From: an uncultured Candidatus Rokubacteria bacterium
GTDB lineage: Bacteria > Methylomirabilota > Methylomirabilia > Rokubacteriales > CSP1-6
Direction of reading: 5' to 3'
DNA: 64,000 bases
Assembly: GCA_963758635.1 (NCBI GenBank)
Contig: CAVWWD010000008.1
Coordinates: 64,001 to 128,000 of the forward strand
The notes below the pieces were generated by a model that was not told where the DNA came from, did no database searches, and saw nothing but the letters and a program-made list of their open reading frames with translations. Positions 50,170-58,928 of the stretch are shown piece after piece. Within the stretch, counting starts at the first letter, position 1. Each line of letters opens with the position of its first letter. The position numbers and the translations under genes were made by a program.

Positions 50170-50737
50170 ATGGCGGAGCTGCCGCGCGTCTATCTCCGCC
50201 CGCTACGCGCTCGTGACGCCGCCGAGCTGATCCGGCTGAACCGGGCGAGCCGGCGCCTGCACGGCCGCTACATGGCCGCGCCGCGCCACCCGTCCGAGTT
50301 CGCCGCCGCCCTTCGGCGCAGCCGGCGCGCGAACGTGGACGTGTCGCTGGTGTGCCGGCGGGAGGACGACGCGATCGCCGGCGTCGATCACGCTGAGCGA
50401 GATCGTCCACGGCAACCTCCGGAGCGCCTACATGGGCTACTACGTCGGGGCGCCGTTCTCCGGGCAGGGCTACATGACGGCGGGGCTCACCCTGGTGCTC
50501 CGTCACGCCTTCGGCGCGCTCCGCCTCCACCGCGTCGAGGCCAACATCCAGCCCGGCAACGAGCCGTCGATCCGCCTGGTCAAGCGCCTCGGGTTCACGC
50601 GCGAGGGCTTCTCGCGCCGCTACCTGCGGATCGCCGGCCGCTGGCGCGACCACGAGCGGTGGGCGATCCTCGCCGAGGACTGGCGCCGGGCGCGACGCGG
50701 CCGCGCGCGTCGTCCGCGTTCCCGGACGCGCCGGTGA
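50170..50737 (+). CDS. RimJ/RimL-type GNAT acetyltransferase 1 (frameshift near 50385)
   Basis: GQGYMT, LHRVEANIQPGNEPSIRLV..GF..EG, WRDHERWA. Confidence 0.88.
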
Positions 50738-51300
50738 CGCGCGGGGGCACATCGCGCGGCGTCGTCGGCTCGGGCCGGCGGGTCGTCCTCCGGCGCCCTC
50801 GCGCCACGGACCGCGCCGAGCTGACCGGGCTCAACCGGGACAGCGTCCGCTTCCACGGCCACCGGCTCATCGCCCCTCCGCGCCGCGCCGCGGAGTTCGA
50901 CCGCTACCTCCGGCGAAGCCGCGCCGCCAACTACGTGGGCCTCCTGGTCTGCCGCCGCGAGGACGGCGCGATCGTCGGCACCGTGAACCTCTTCGACATC
51001 GCCCGCGGCCCGTTCCAGGCCGCCGGCATCGGCTACTACGTGGGTGCCCGCTTCGCCGGCCAGGGCTACATGACCGAGGCGCTCGCGCTCGCGCTGCGCC
51101 ACGCCTTCGTCACGCTCGGCCTGCACCGCGTCGAGGCCGCCATCCAGCCGGACAATCGCGCGTCGATCCGCCTGGTGCGTCGCGCGGGCTTCCACCGCGA
51201 GGGCCTGTCGCGCGGCTACATCAGGATGGGTGGCCGCTGGCGGGACCACGAGCGCTGGGCGCTCCTGCGCGAGGACTGGCGCCGCGGCCGCCGGCGCTGA
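50734..51300 (+). CDS. RimJ/RimL-type GNAT acetyltransferase 2
   Basis: GTGA overlap; GQGYMTEAL, LHRVEAAIQPDNRASIRLV, WRDHERWA. Confidence 0.88.
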   Translation: MTRGGTSRGVVGSGRRVVLRRPRATDRAELTGLNRDSVRFHGHRLIAPPRRAAEFDRYLRRSRAANYVGLLVCRREDGAIVGTVNLFDIARGPFQAAGIGYYVGARFAGQGYMTEALALALRHAFVTLGLHRVEAAIQPDNRASIRLVRRAGFHREGLSRGYIRMGGRWRDHERWALLREDWRRGRRR

Positions 51301-51309
51301 ACCACGGGC

Positions 51310-52640
51310 TCAGGCGGGCGGCGACAACGTTCGCCCGGGCGGAGCCGATTGGGGATGGAGCACGGCGAAGCGCATACAAAGGTCGAGCGGCTCCCCAACC
51401 AATTCGTGCACGTAGTTTGTGCGTCGAGTGGCAGGACATTCTCCTCGCTTCGAATGCGGAGCGCGCTCACCGGAAAGTCCGCAGAGCACCGGAGCCGGCG
51501 GCGGCAGGTCCGGGAGCCTTGGCCGTCGGGCGCCGAACCGAAGTTCGCCGTCCTTGCCACGCTCGAGCTGATAGCCCTCTCGTGGACCGCGCGGTGGTGG
51601 CGTCGGCATGACAGCGCAAGATTCGAGAGCGTGGTGGGACCGCCCTGCGCCCAGTGGCGGATGTGATGGCGGAGGATTTGGCGCCCACGGCAGCCCGGGA
51701 AGCGGCAGCGTGGTACCGCTGCTGGAGGGCGGCGAAGGGCAGGTGGGATCGTCCGGGTCCGCGCCCCGACCTCGGTGACGCGCCCGTCGGCGTGGTGCCG
51801 CATGACCAGGCGGGTGGCGTCGGAGGCCAGGCGAAGCGACGTTACGCGGGAACGTGATGGCCGCCTTCCTCGAGGACGGGCTAGCCTGGGCTGGGTGGCA
51901 TCGGTCAGCACCGGCGCTTCGAAGGGGACTCACGACCTGTAGCGCTCGCCGGGGCGCCAGGATCGAGGCCCTGGTGAAGGGAGACCTCGGCGAGGAGCCG
52001 AGCGCATCGGCCTGCTGCTGGGCCATTGACGGGGCCTCCATGGTCTCGTTCATGAACCCACGGCGGGTGTCGCAGCGCGCCGCCGCTGGTAGAGGGTCTC
52101 CCGGGCGGCGTCCAGCGCCTGGATGAGCAGCGCCCCGACCTCGGGCTCGAGCCGGCCCTTGAGGATGAGCATGCCGTCGTCCCCGGGGAAGAGGTAGAGG
52201 GACCGGCTGCGGTGCCGGTGTCGGGCTTCCTGGGCTTCGACGTGCTGGTCGATACGCCGCCAGCCGCGCACGATGCGCTCGACGTGCTCGGCGGTCCCGG
52301 CGCGGCCCACCCGGTAGAGGCGTTCTTCAGTCTCGGGGGTGGCGACGCGGGTGAGGGCGCGGACCTTGGAGTAGGAGAGCTCGCCGCGGGCGAGGGCCTG
52401 GGACAGGAGGGGGAGGGAGCCGAGGGCGCGCGCCACGCGGATGTGCTCGCGGGCGGCGCCGGGCTCGAGGCCGATGCGCCAGGAGAGCCACTCGGCGCAG
52501 GACTTGAAGCCGGTGTTCCAGCCGCCGCGCGCGTCGAACTCGCGGATCAGTCGAGGAGGCGCACGGTGGCCGGCATCGAGGAGCGCGGCGAGCTCGGCGA
52601 TCTCGTCGCCGAGCCGATCGAGCGAGGCAACGTGCGTGAG
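51310..52640 (-). pseudogene. DUF222 plus HNH endonuclease (degraded; boundaries approximate)
   Basis: LGDEIAELAA..FDARGGW..SCAEWLSWR..ELSYSKVRALTRVA; TIPPALRR..CRFPGC..HHIRHWAQGGPTTLSNL..CRRHHRAVHE; multiple frameshifts. Confidence 0.85.
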
Positions 52641-53103
52641 TAGGGATGAGGTGCGGTCGATCGAATCCGGTCCGCATGGCGAGTCCATCCGCGTGAATCT
52701 CTGGAGCGACTCTACACCCCGAATATTCGAGCCGTTTGCGCGCCTCGCGGAAGCGTCGTAACTGGCCGAGGAATGATTTTCGGTGGCCCCGACCATCGCG
52801 ACGCCACGGCGCTCAAGGGCTGCACGCTGGCCGGCTATTGGCGAGCCGTCGGCGGTCAGCGGCGAAGGCGTGTTCAGAAGTCCGTCAAGCGAAAAGTTGA
52901 GACGATCCGGTTTCGAGGCTCGCCGGGTCGTCATCGTGGCCTGGGCGCCGCCAGGACCATCTCGTGACCCAAAACGGGATGGGTACGCGGCGCCCGCCTC
53001 CGTGATACGCAGGTCCGCATATCAAGGCCGAGGGACGAACGCCGGCCCCCGATAACCGCCGAGACCACGAGCGTAGGACCCGTCGAGCTCGCCAAAGACG
53101 CCG

Positions 53104-53127
53104 TGCTACACTGCGGCATCCGCAGTG
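53104..53127 (+). promoter_or_regulatory. Extended -10 with overlapping perfect inverted repeat
   Basis: TG-C-TACACT (53104-53112) overlapping CACTGCGG-CAT-CCGCAGTG (53109-53127), upstream of the nuclease gene. Confidence 0.5.
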
Positions 53128-53178
53128 GTTACCGGATACACAGGTGCTGCGTCGGAAGGATCCGTGGAGCGGTCCATT

Positions 53179-54186
53179 ATGCTCTACCTGTCGTCTCCTT
53201 CAGTGGAAGGACTTGGCACGTTGGAACCGCTTCCGTTTTTGGACGCAGCCGCTCTCCAGCGTACCGAGAAGGACCTCGAGAACCTTCTTGCTATCCACTT
53301 GCTGAACGTCCTATTTGAAGGTGCGCCCCTCCTGCCAGTCTTTCAGGAGCGCCAACTCCAGTCCGAAGCGGACATCTACGCGCTAAACCGGGACGGCGAC
53401 CTCGTCATTTTCGAGCTCAAACGCGGCGTCGCGGGGAGATGCGGTTCTGCAAGCTATCGGGTACACACAACGCGCGGGGCGATGGGTCTACTCAGAGCTC
53501 GACCGTCGATATCAGGGATACCTGCGAAAGCGTGGATTCAATCCTGTGCCGCTACGCGAGGCTCACAAGGACGCCTTCCAACTGGACAGTCCTCTAGAGA
53601 AGACAAGCTTCAATCGAGCGCGAGAATCTGATACGTCGTCGGCAATGCGGCGAATGAGGCGTTGATTGACGCGATCGACTACTGGAAGCTGCAAGGGCTG
53701 TCGGTAGAATTTTTGCCCTACCGTATCTATGACGTAGACGGCACTCGCTACTTCGAGTTCTTCTCTTTTCCTTACGATCGCCATAGAAATCCCTCCGCGG
53801 AGAAGGGTGTGCTGTTCGATAGCAACCGCTCTTATGATGAGGACGCCGTCTGGGAGATGATGGAGAGGTCCCGGGTAGCTGCCTACGGGGATAGCAAACA
53901 CGTCGTGGAGTACCTGAACCCCGGTGACACCGTGTTTTTTCTATCACAAGGGGGTCGGACTCGTTGCTGCGGGGGAGGTTCGTGGGCCTGTTCGACGAGA
54001 AGGAGAGGAAGAGCAGTACCGGGACGTGCGGTTTCTCACTCCCGTCCCGAATCGCCAAAGCGGTCTCACCCGGGCGATGCCACCTTCGGATATCACAAAG
54101 AGCTAAGGGCGCAACTTTTTCCGCGCACGAAGGTTCAAGGTCCCCATCTCGACCAAGCGGAGGCTCAGACGTTCTTCACCAAGTGA
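53179..54186 (+). CDS. PD-(D/E)XK (NucS-like) nuclease with C-terminal EVE/PUA-like region (several indels; lower GC)
   Basis: EKDLE...ADIYALNRDGDLVIFELKR...VLQAIGY (D-ExK-QxxxY); C-term LNPGDTVFFYHKGVGLVAAGEV. Confidence 0.72.
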
Positions 54187-54259
54187 GCAGGGTGCTGACG
54201 CCCGACACGTAGCCACGCGTGAAACACGGGCGCACCGCTTGCAGCGCACCGGTTACGGC

Positions 54260-54477
54260 ATGGCTGAAGGCGGCGGATAACTTCACGCGTGTTCGACAAG
54301 GACGAGAGTATCGGCCTTCTGGGCGACGCGGTAGGTGTCACTCTCGAGGTTGAGGCGCCAGAGAAGGAGGTGGGGCCGTTTCGGGCCGACATCCTCTGCA
54401 AGGAACACCGCCACCGGACACTGGGTGCTCATCGAGAACCAACTTGAACGCGTTGACCACACGGACATGGGCCAGTG
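54260..54477 (+). pseudogene. Fragment of a second PD-(D/E)XK nuclease (DUF4268-type N-terminus)
   Basis: LGDAVGVTLEVEAPEKEVGPFRADILCK / TATGHWVLIENQLERVDHTDMGQ; no proper start, truncated. Confidence 0.62.
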
Positions 54478-54580
54478 GCGGGGCGTCCTGCGCGACCTCA
54501 AGGCCTGAGGGCAGTATGGCGGTGCCGAGGCTGGGCGGCGCTGCGCGACCCTGCTACACTCCCGCGCGGGAGGACATGCC

Positions 54581-55468
54581 ATGACCATGCACGCGCCCGT
54601 GACCCAGCTCGAGATCGATCAGCGCGTCTACGACCTCTACGACGAGTACTGCCACGGCGGCATCGACCGGCGCGAGTTCCTGGCGCGCGCCGCCCTCGTG
54701 GTGGGCGGCCTCGCCATGGCGCAGGCCCTCCTGCCGCGCTACGCGGAGGCGCAGACCATCTCGTTCACGGACTCGCGGATCAAGGCGCAGTACGTGACGT
54801 ATCCCTCGCCCGGGGGCAACTCCGGCCAGATCCGCGGCTACCTCGTGCAGCCGGCGGGGGCGGGGCCGTTTCCCGCGGTGCTGGTGATCCACGAGAACCG
54901 CGGGCTCAACCCCTACATCGAGGACGTGGCGCGCCGCGCCGCCGCCGAGGGGTTCCTCGCGCTGGCGCCCGACGGCCTCTCCCCGCTGGGCGGCTATCCG
55001 GGCAACGACGACGAGGGCCGCGCGCTCCAGGCCACGCTCGACCAGCCCAAGCTACGCACCGACATGCTCAACGGCGCGCGCTTCGTGAAGACGCACAAGC
55101 TGTCCACGGGCAAGCTCGGCGTGACCGGCTTCTGCTGGGGCGGGGGCACGACCAACTTCCTCGCGGCCACCCTCGGCGCCGAGATGCAGGCGGGGGCGCC
55201 GTACTACGGGGCGGCCGCGGAGACCGCGGCGGTGCCGCGGATCAAGTCGCCGCTCCTGATCCACTACGCCGAGAACGACGAGCGGATCAACGCCATGTGG
55301 CCGGCGTTCGAGTCGGCGCTGAAGGCGGCGAGCGTGCCCTACGAGGCCCACTTCTATCCGGGCACCCAGCACGGCTTCCACAACAACTCGACGCCGCGAT
55401 ACAACGAGGCGGCGGCGCGGTCGTCCTGGGAGCGGACGGTGGCGTTCTTCAGGAAGCACCTCGCCTGA
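54581..55468 (+). CDS. Dienelactone hydrolase family, YghX-like, Tat-type signal
   Basis: YDLYDEYCHGGIDRREFL, IHENRGLN, GFCWGG, TQHGFHN. Confidence 0.93.
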   Translation: MTMHAPVTQLEIDQRVYDLYDEYCHGGIDRREFLARAALVVGGLAMAQALLPRYAEAQTISFTDSRIKAQYVTYPSPGGNSGQIRGYLVQPAGAGPFPAVLVIHENRGLNPYIEDVARRAAAEGFLALAPDGLSPLGGYPGNDDEGRALQATLDQPKLRTDMLNGARFVKTHKLSTGKLGVTGFCWGGGTTNFLAATLGAEMQAGAPYYGAAAETAAVPRIKSPLLIHYAENDERINAMWPAFESALKAASVPYEAHFYPGTQHGFHNNSTPRYNEAAARSSWERTVAFFRKHLA

Positions 55469-55507
55469 CCGGGGCGAGCGCTCGGGCGGGCGCCGCTGGC
55501 GGCGAGG

Positions 55508-55960
55508 CTACGCTCGCCGCCAGTGCACCAGGGTGAACGGGGGCTTGGCGTCGTCGTGCGCCTCGAAGACGGCCTCGACCGCGCTGCCGATGACCACGGG
55601 CTCCTGCGGGTCACCGACGAGGTTGCCGATCATCCGTACGTTGTCGGCGTCGGGCAGCTCCACGAGCACGGCCACGTAGGGGCCGGCGTCCTTGAGCGCG
55701 GGGTGCACGGGGTGCCACACGCGCTCCCAGCTGTAGATGCGGCCGTGGCCGGCGACGCGCTCCCACCCCAGGTCGAACGAAAGGCAGCGATGGCAGATCC
55801 ATTCCGGGCCCCACTGCCAGCCGCGGCACCCCCGGCAGCGCTGGATCACGAGCTCGCCGCGGCGCGCCCCTTCCCAGTACGGCGCGCTGAGCCCGTCCGC
55901 CTCCGGGACCGGGGCGGGGAGGCCCTCGGGCAGGCAGTAACGCCCGGCCGCCGCGCTCAC
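55508..55960 (-). CDS. DUF35 Zn-ribbon/OB-fold protein
   Basis: YWEG..QRCRGC..ICHRC..GRIYSW..PYVAVLVEL; GTG overlaps thiolase stop. Confidence 0.9.
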   Translation of the reverse strand: MSAAAGRYCLPEGLPAPVPEADGLSAPYWEGARRGELVIQRCRGCRGWQWGPEWICHRCLSFDLGWERVAGHGRIYSWERVWHPVHPALKDAGPYVAVLVELPDADNVRMIGNLVGDPQEPVVIGSAVEAVFEAHDDAKPPFTLVHWRRA

Positions 55961-57139
55961 AGGGTGGCCTCCGAGCCCAGGATGAGGCTCGAGACCGGCG
56001 TGACCATCGGGCCGGAGATCACCATCGACACGTCCGCGTCGGGGACCTGGCTGGTCGACTCGCCGCGGATCTGCCGGACCGCCTCGAGCTGCAGCTCGAG
56101 GCCGTGCATGTAGCACTCGGCCAGGTTGCCGCCGCTCGTGTTGAGCGGCATGCGACCCTTCGGCGCGAGCAGGTTGTCGAGCTTCAGGAACTCGTTGGCC
56201 GCCTCGCCGGGGAAGAAGTCGTGCTCGACCAGGCTCATGAGCACGCCGCCGGTGAAGTTCTCGTAGCTCTGCACCACGTCCACGTCCTTCGGGCCGAGCC
56301 CGGCCATGGCGTAGAGGCGCGGCGCCACCGTGGTGAAGCTCGACGTGCCGTAGAGCGGCGCGTTGTGGCTCGGCGCGCCGTTCCGGTACTCGGATCCCTG
56401 GGCCACGCCCAGGAGGTAGGCGGCGCGGCCGGGGAAGGTCCCGCGCGCGCTCCGCGGACATCAGGACCAGCGCGGCGGCGCCGTCGTTCTCCATGCAGCA
56501 GTCGTAGAGGCGGAACGGCTCCACGATCCAGCGCGAGGCGTCGTACGCCTCCTCGGTCAGCGGTCGGCCATGCATGACGGCGCGCGGGTTGGACTGCGCG
56601 TGGTGGTAGGACGCCATGGCAATGGCCCGGAGCGCCTCGCGGCCCACGTTGTGCTCGTGCATGAAGCGCATCGCGCGCATCGCGTAGCGCTGGCCGGGCG
56701 ACATGACGCCGTAGGGCGTGGTGAACGCGGCGTCGCCCGACACCGTGGCCACCCGCGGTCCCTGCCCAAAGCGCGCGAACTGGCCCTGGGCGAGCGCGCG
56801 GAACACCACGACGCAGTCGGCGAAGCCGGCCGCCACCGCGGCGGCCGCGTTGCCCACCGCGCCCGCGCCGCCCCCACCCCCGCCGCCCCACTGCATGTTG
56901 GAGAACTTGAGGTCGGGCAGGCCGAGGGCGGCGGCCAGGCGCGACGGCTCGTTCCGGTCGTTGCTGTACGACGCGAAGCCGTCGATCTGGCGCGGATCGA
57001 TGCCCGCGTCCTCGCAGGCGCGCAGGATGGCCATGAGCGCCAGCTTGAACTCGGGCTCCGGAGCCTTGCCGTGCTTGTAGTACGTCGTCTCGCCGATGCC
57101 CGCGATGATGACCTTGCCGCGAATGGTTCTGGCGCTCAT
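55957..57139 (-). CDS. SCP2-type thiolase-like protein (frameshift near 56430)
   Basis: IAGIGET, AQSNPRA, LYDCCMENDGAAA, YENFT, NTSGGNL..YMHG. Confidence 0.9.
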
Positions 57140-57197
57140 GGCCCCGGATGATAGACGACGGGCGGGGACCGCGCCAGCCCGCGGGCCCCGGCCGCGC

Positions 57198-57617
57198 TCA
57201 GGGCTGGTCGGTGAGACGCGTTCGGATGGCGGTGACGAACGCCAGGAGATCGGTGAGCCGATGCTCCACGATGTCCTTCGCGATCTCGAGGTTCACGCGG
57301 CCGTAGCCATGGACGACGACGTTCCGGAACCCGGCCATTCGCTCCATCGTCCCGGCCAGGTCGGCCGGGAGCCATCCGGGCCGGATGAGGCGATCGAACA
57401 GCTCCCGGTTGGTCTCCGGCTCCCCCAGGCGTTCGTCCGACACGATATGCGATGCCACGTCGAGGGCCGCCTGGATGGCGATCTGGAGCGTGTGGAGCAC
57501 GAATCGAGCTTCCCGGACGTCACGGAGGATCTCGGCCGGGCGCGCCAGCGTCCGCAGTTCCTGGACGCACGTCTCGATGAAGGCGAGTTTCTGGGCGAGG
57601 AGGTCGGCGTCGGTCAC
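57198..57617 (-). CDS. HepT/DUF86 HEPN ribonuclease toxin
   Basis: LQIAIQAALDVASHI, MAGFRNVVVHGY (Rx4H); GTG overlaps MNT stop. Confidence 0.92.
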   Translation of the reverse strand: MTDADLLAQKLAFIETCVQELRTLARPAEILRDVREARFVLHTLQIAIQAALDVASHIVSDERLGEPETNRELFDRLIRPGWLPADLAGTMERMAGFRNVVVHGYGRVNLEIAKDIVEHRLTDLLAFVTAIRTRLTDQP

Positions 57618-58019
57618 GACGCCGGGAACGGTCGGCGCCGATACAGGGCGAGGATGGGCTGCAGATCGAAGAACTCGTTGCGCGCCCGCACCTCGAAACG
57701 GATGCGGGCGCTGGGGTCGCGGTCCAGCAACAGCACGCCGTCCCGCAGCACGCGTGTGGACCAGGTCCGCCGGCGCCGTATTCAGGACGATAACTTGAGC
57801 GGGGCGGCCCACCAATCGGCTGATCCGATTTTCGAGATCGAGCGGCAAGCTTTCGAGGATGGCAGGAGGAGCCACCGTGTAGAGAATGGCCACGTCGACG
57901 TTGCTCCGAGGGCCCGCCGTCCCCCGCGCGACGGAGCCGAAGAGGTAGGCGGCGACGATCCCGGCCGGTTCGGCCGCGACGACCTCTCTGAGCGCCTGCT
58001 CGACGGCGGCAGTCGCCAT
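57614..58019 (-). CDS. MntA-type nucleotidyltransferase antitoxin (frameshift near 57755)
   Basis: AYLFGSVARGTAGPRSNVDVAI, VIVLNTAPADLVH / RVLRDGVLLLDRDPSARIRFEV. Confidence 0.88.
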
Positions 58020-58127
58020 GCCGAGATCATATCCTGGCCAGGGCGGCGCAAGTAGCTGGCTCGATCGGCCCAGTTCCGAAGGGAGGATAGATGACGGCCG
58101 TGGGGTGGGGCAAGGGCACGGCCGAAC

Positions 58128-58156
58128 TTGATTAGCTAAATCTCCTTAGCTAGCAT
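58128..58156 (+). promoter_or_regulatory. Promoter with twin palindromic operators for the phd-vapC operon
   Basis: TTGATT, 17 bp, TAGCAT; TTAGCTAA (58132-58139) and TTAGCTAG (58146-58153). Confidence 0.7.
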
Positions 58157-58163
58157 GGCCGCC

Positions 58164-58397
58164 ATGAAGCCCATCACCGTTCATGCGGCGAAGACAAATC
58201 TCTCCCGGCTCATCGAGCGGGCCTGCGCCGGCGAGGAGGTGATCATCGCCCGAGGGAAGACGCCGGTCGTCCGTCTGGTGCCGGTGAAGGCGCCGCGGCC
58301 GCGCCGTCGCTTCGGCGCGATGCGAGGGCGCGCGCGGACGACGCGGGCCTTCTTCGCCCCACTCCCTCCCGCCGAGCTGGCGGCCTGGGAGCGATGA
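58164..58397 (+). CDS. Phd/YefM family antitoxin
   Basis: MKPITVHAAKTNLSRLIERACAGEEVIIARGKTPVVRLVP; ATG 58164 fits a leaderless start. Confidence 0.92.
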   Translation: MKPITVHAAKTNLSRLIERACAGEEVIIARGKTPVVRLVPVKAPRPRRRFGAMRGRARTTRAFFAPLPPAELAAWER

Positions 58398-58398
58398 T

Positions 58399-58785
58399 GT
58401 GCGCCTTCTCCTGGACACCCATGCGTTCCTCTGGTGGCTGGACGGTGATCGGCGGCTCCCCGCCCGCGCGCGGGTGGCGATCGGGGCCCCGGGCAACGAA
58501 GTCTTCGTGAGCGCGGCGTCCGTGTGGGAGATCACCACGAAAGCCCGCCTCGGCCGGCTCCCGGGCGCGCTGGAGGTCGCTGCCGACGTGCCCGCCGCCA
58601 TCCTCGGTCAAGGGTTCGTCGGCCTGCCGACCACGGTGCTCCATGCTCAGCGCGCGGGCACGCTGGGTGGCGAGCCTCGGGATCCCTTCGATCGCATGCT
58701 GATAGCCCAGGCACAGTCGGAGGGTGTTTCCCTGGTGAGCAACGAGCGGGTGTTCGATGCCCACGGTGTGACACGCCTGTGGTGA
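58399..58785 (+). CDS. vapC: VapC PIN-domain toxin
   Basis: LLLDTHAFLWW, SAASVWEI, RDPFDRMLIAQA. Confidence 0.93.
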   Translation: MRLLLDTHAFLWWLDGDRRLPARARVAIGAPGNEVFVSAASVWEITTKARLGRLPGALEVAADVPAAILGQGFVGLPTTVLHAQRAGTLGGEPRDPFDRMLIAQAQSEGVSLVSNERVFDAHGVTRLW

Positions 58786-58928
58786 GTGGCGCCCGGCTCG
58801 GGACGCGGCCCTCCGGGCCCAAGACGGCCGACGCCGGCTCTCGAGCCGGCCAAGTGGCCTGTTCCCTGGAACGCGTTCGGGAGTAATCTGGTCGGGCGTA
58901 CCCCAGGCCGCTGAACAAGGAGGCATCC

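Noticed and set aside
50170..51300. Single double-GNAT protein
   Set aside because: The middle of the 376-aa ORF is off-frame; two genes overlap at GTGA 50734-50737.
55508..58019. Thiolase-DUF35 and MNT-HepT fusions in the ORF track
   Set aside because: Each comes from one indel; the corrected genes have their own overlapping stop/start.
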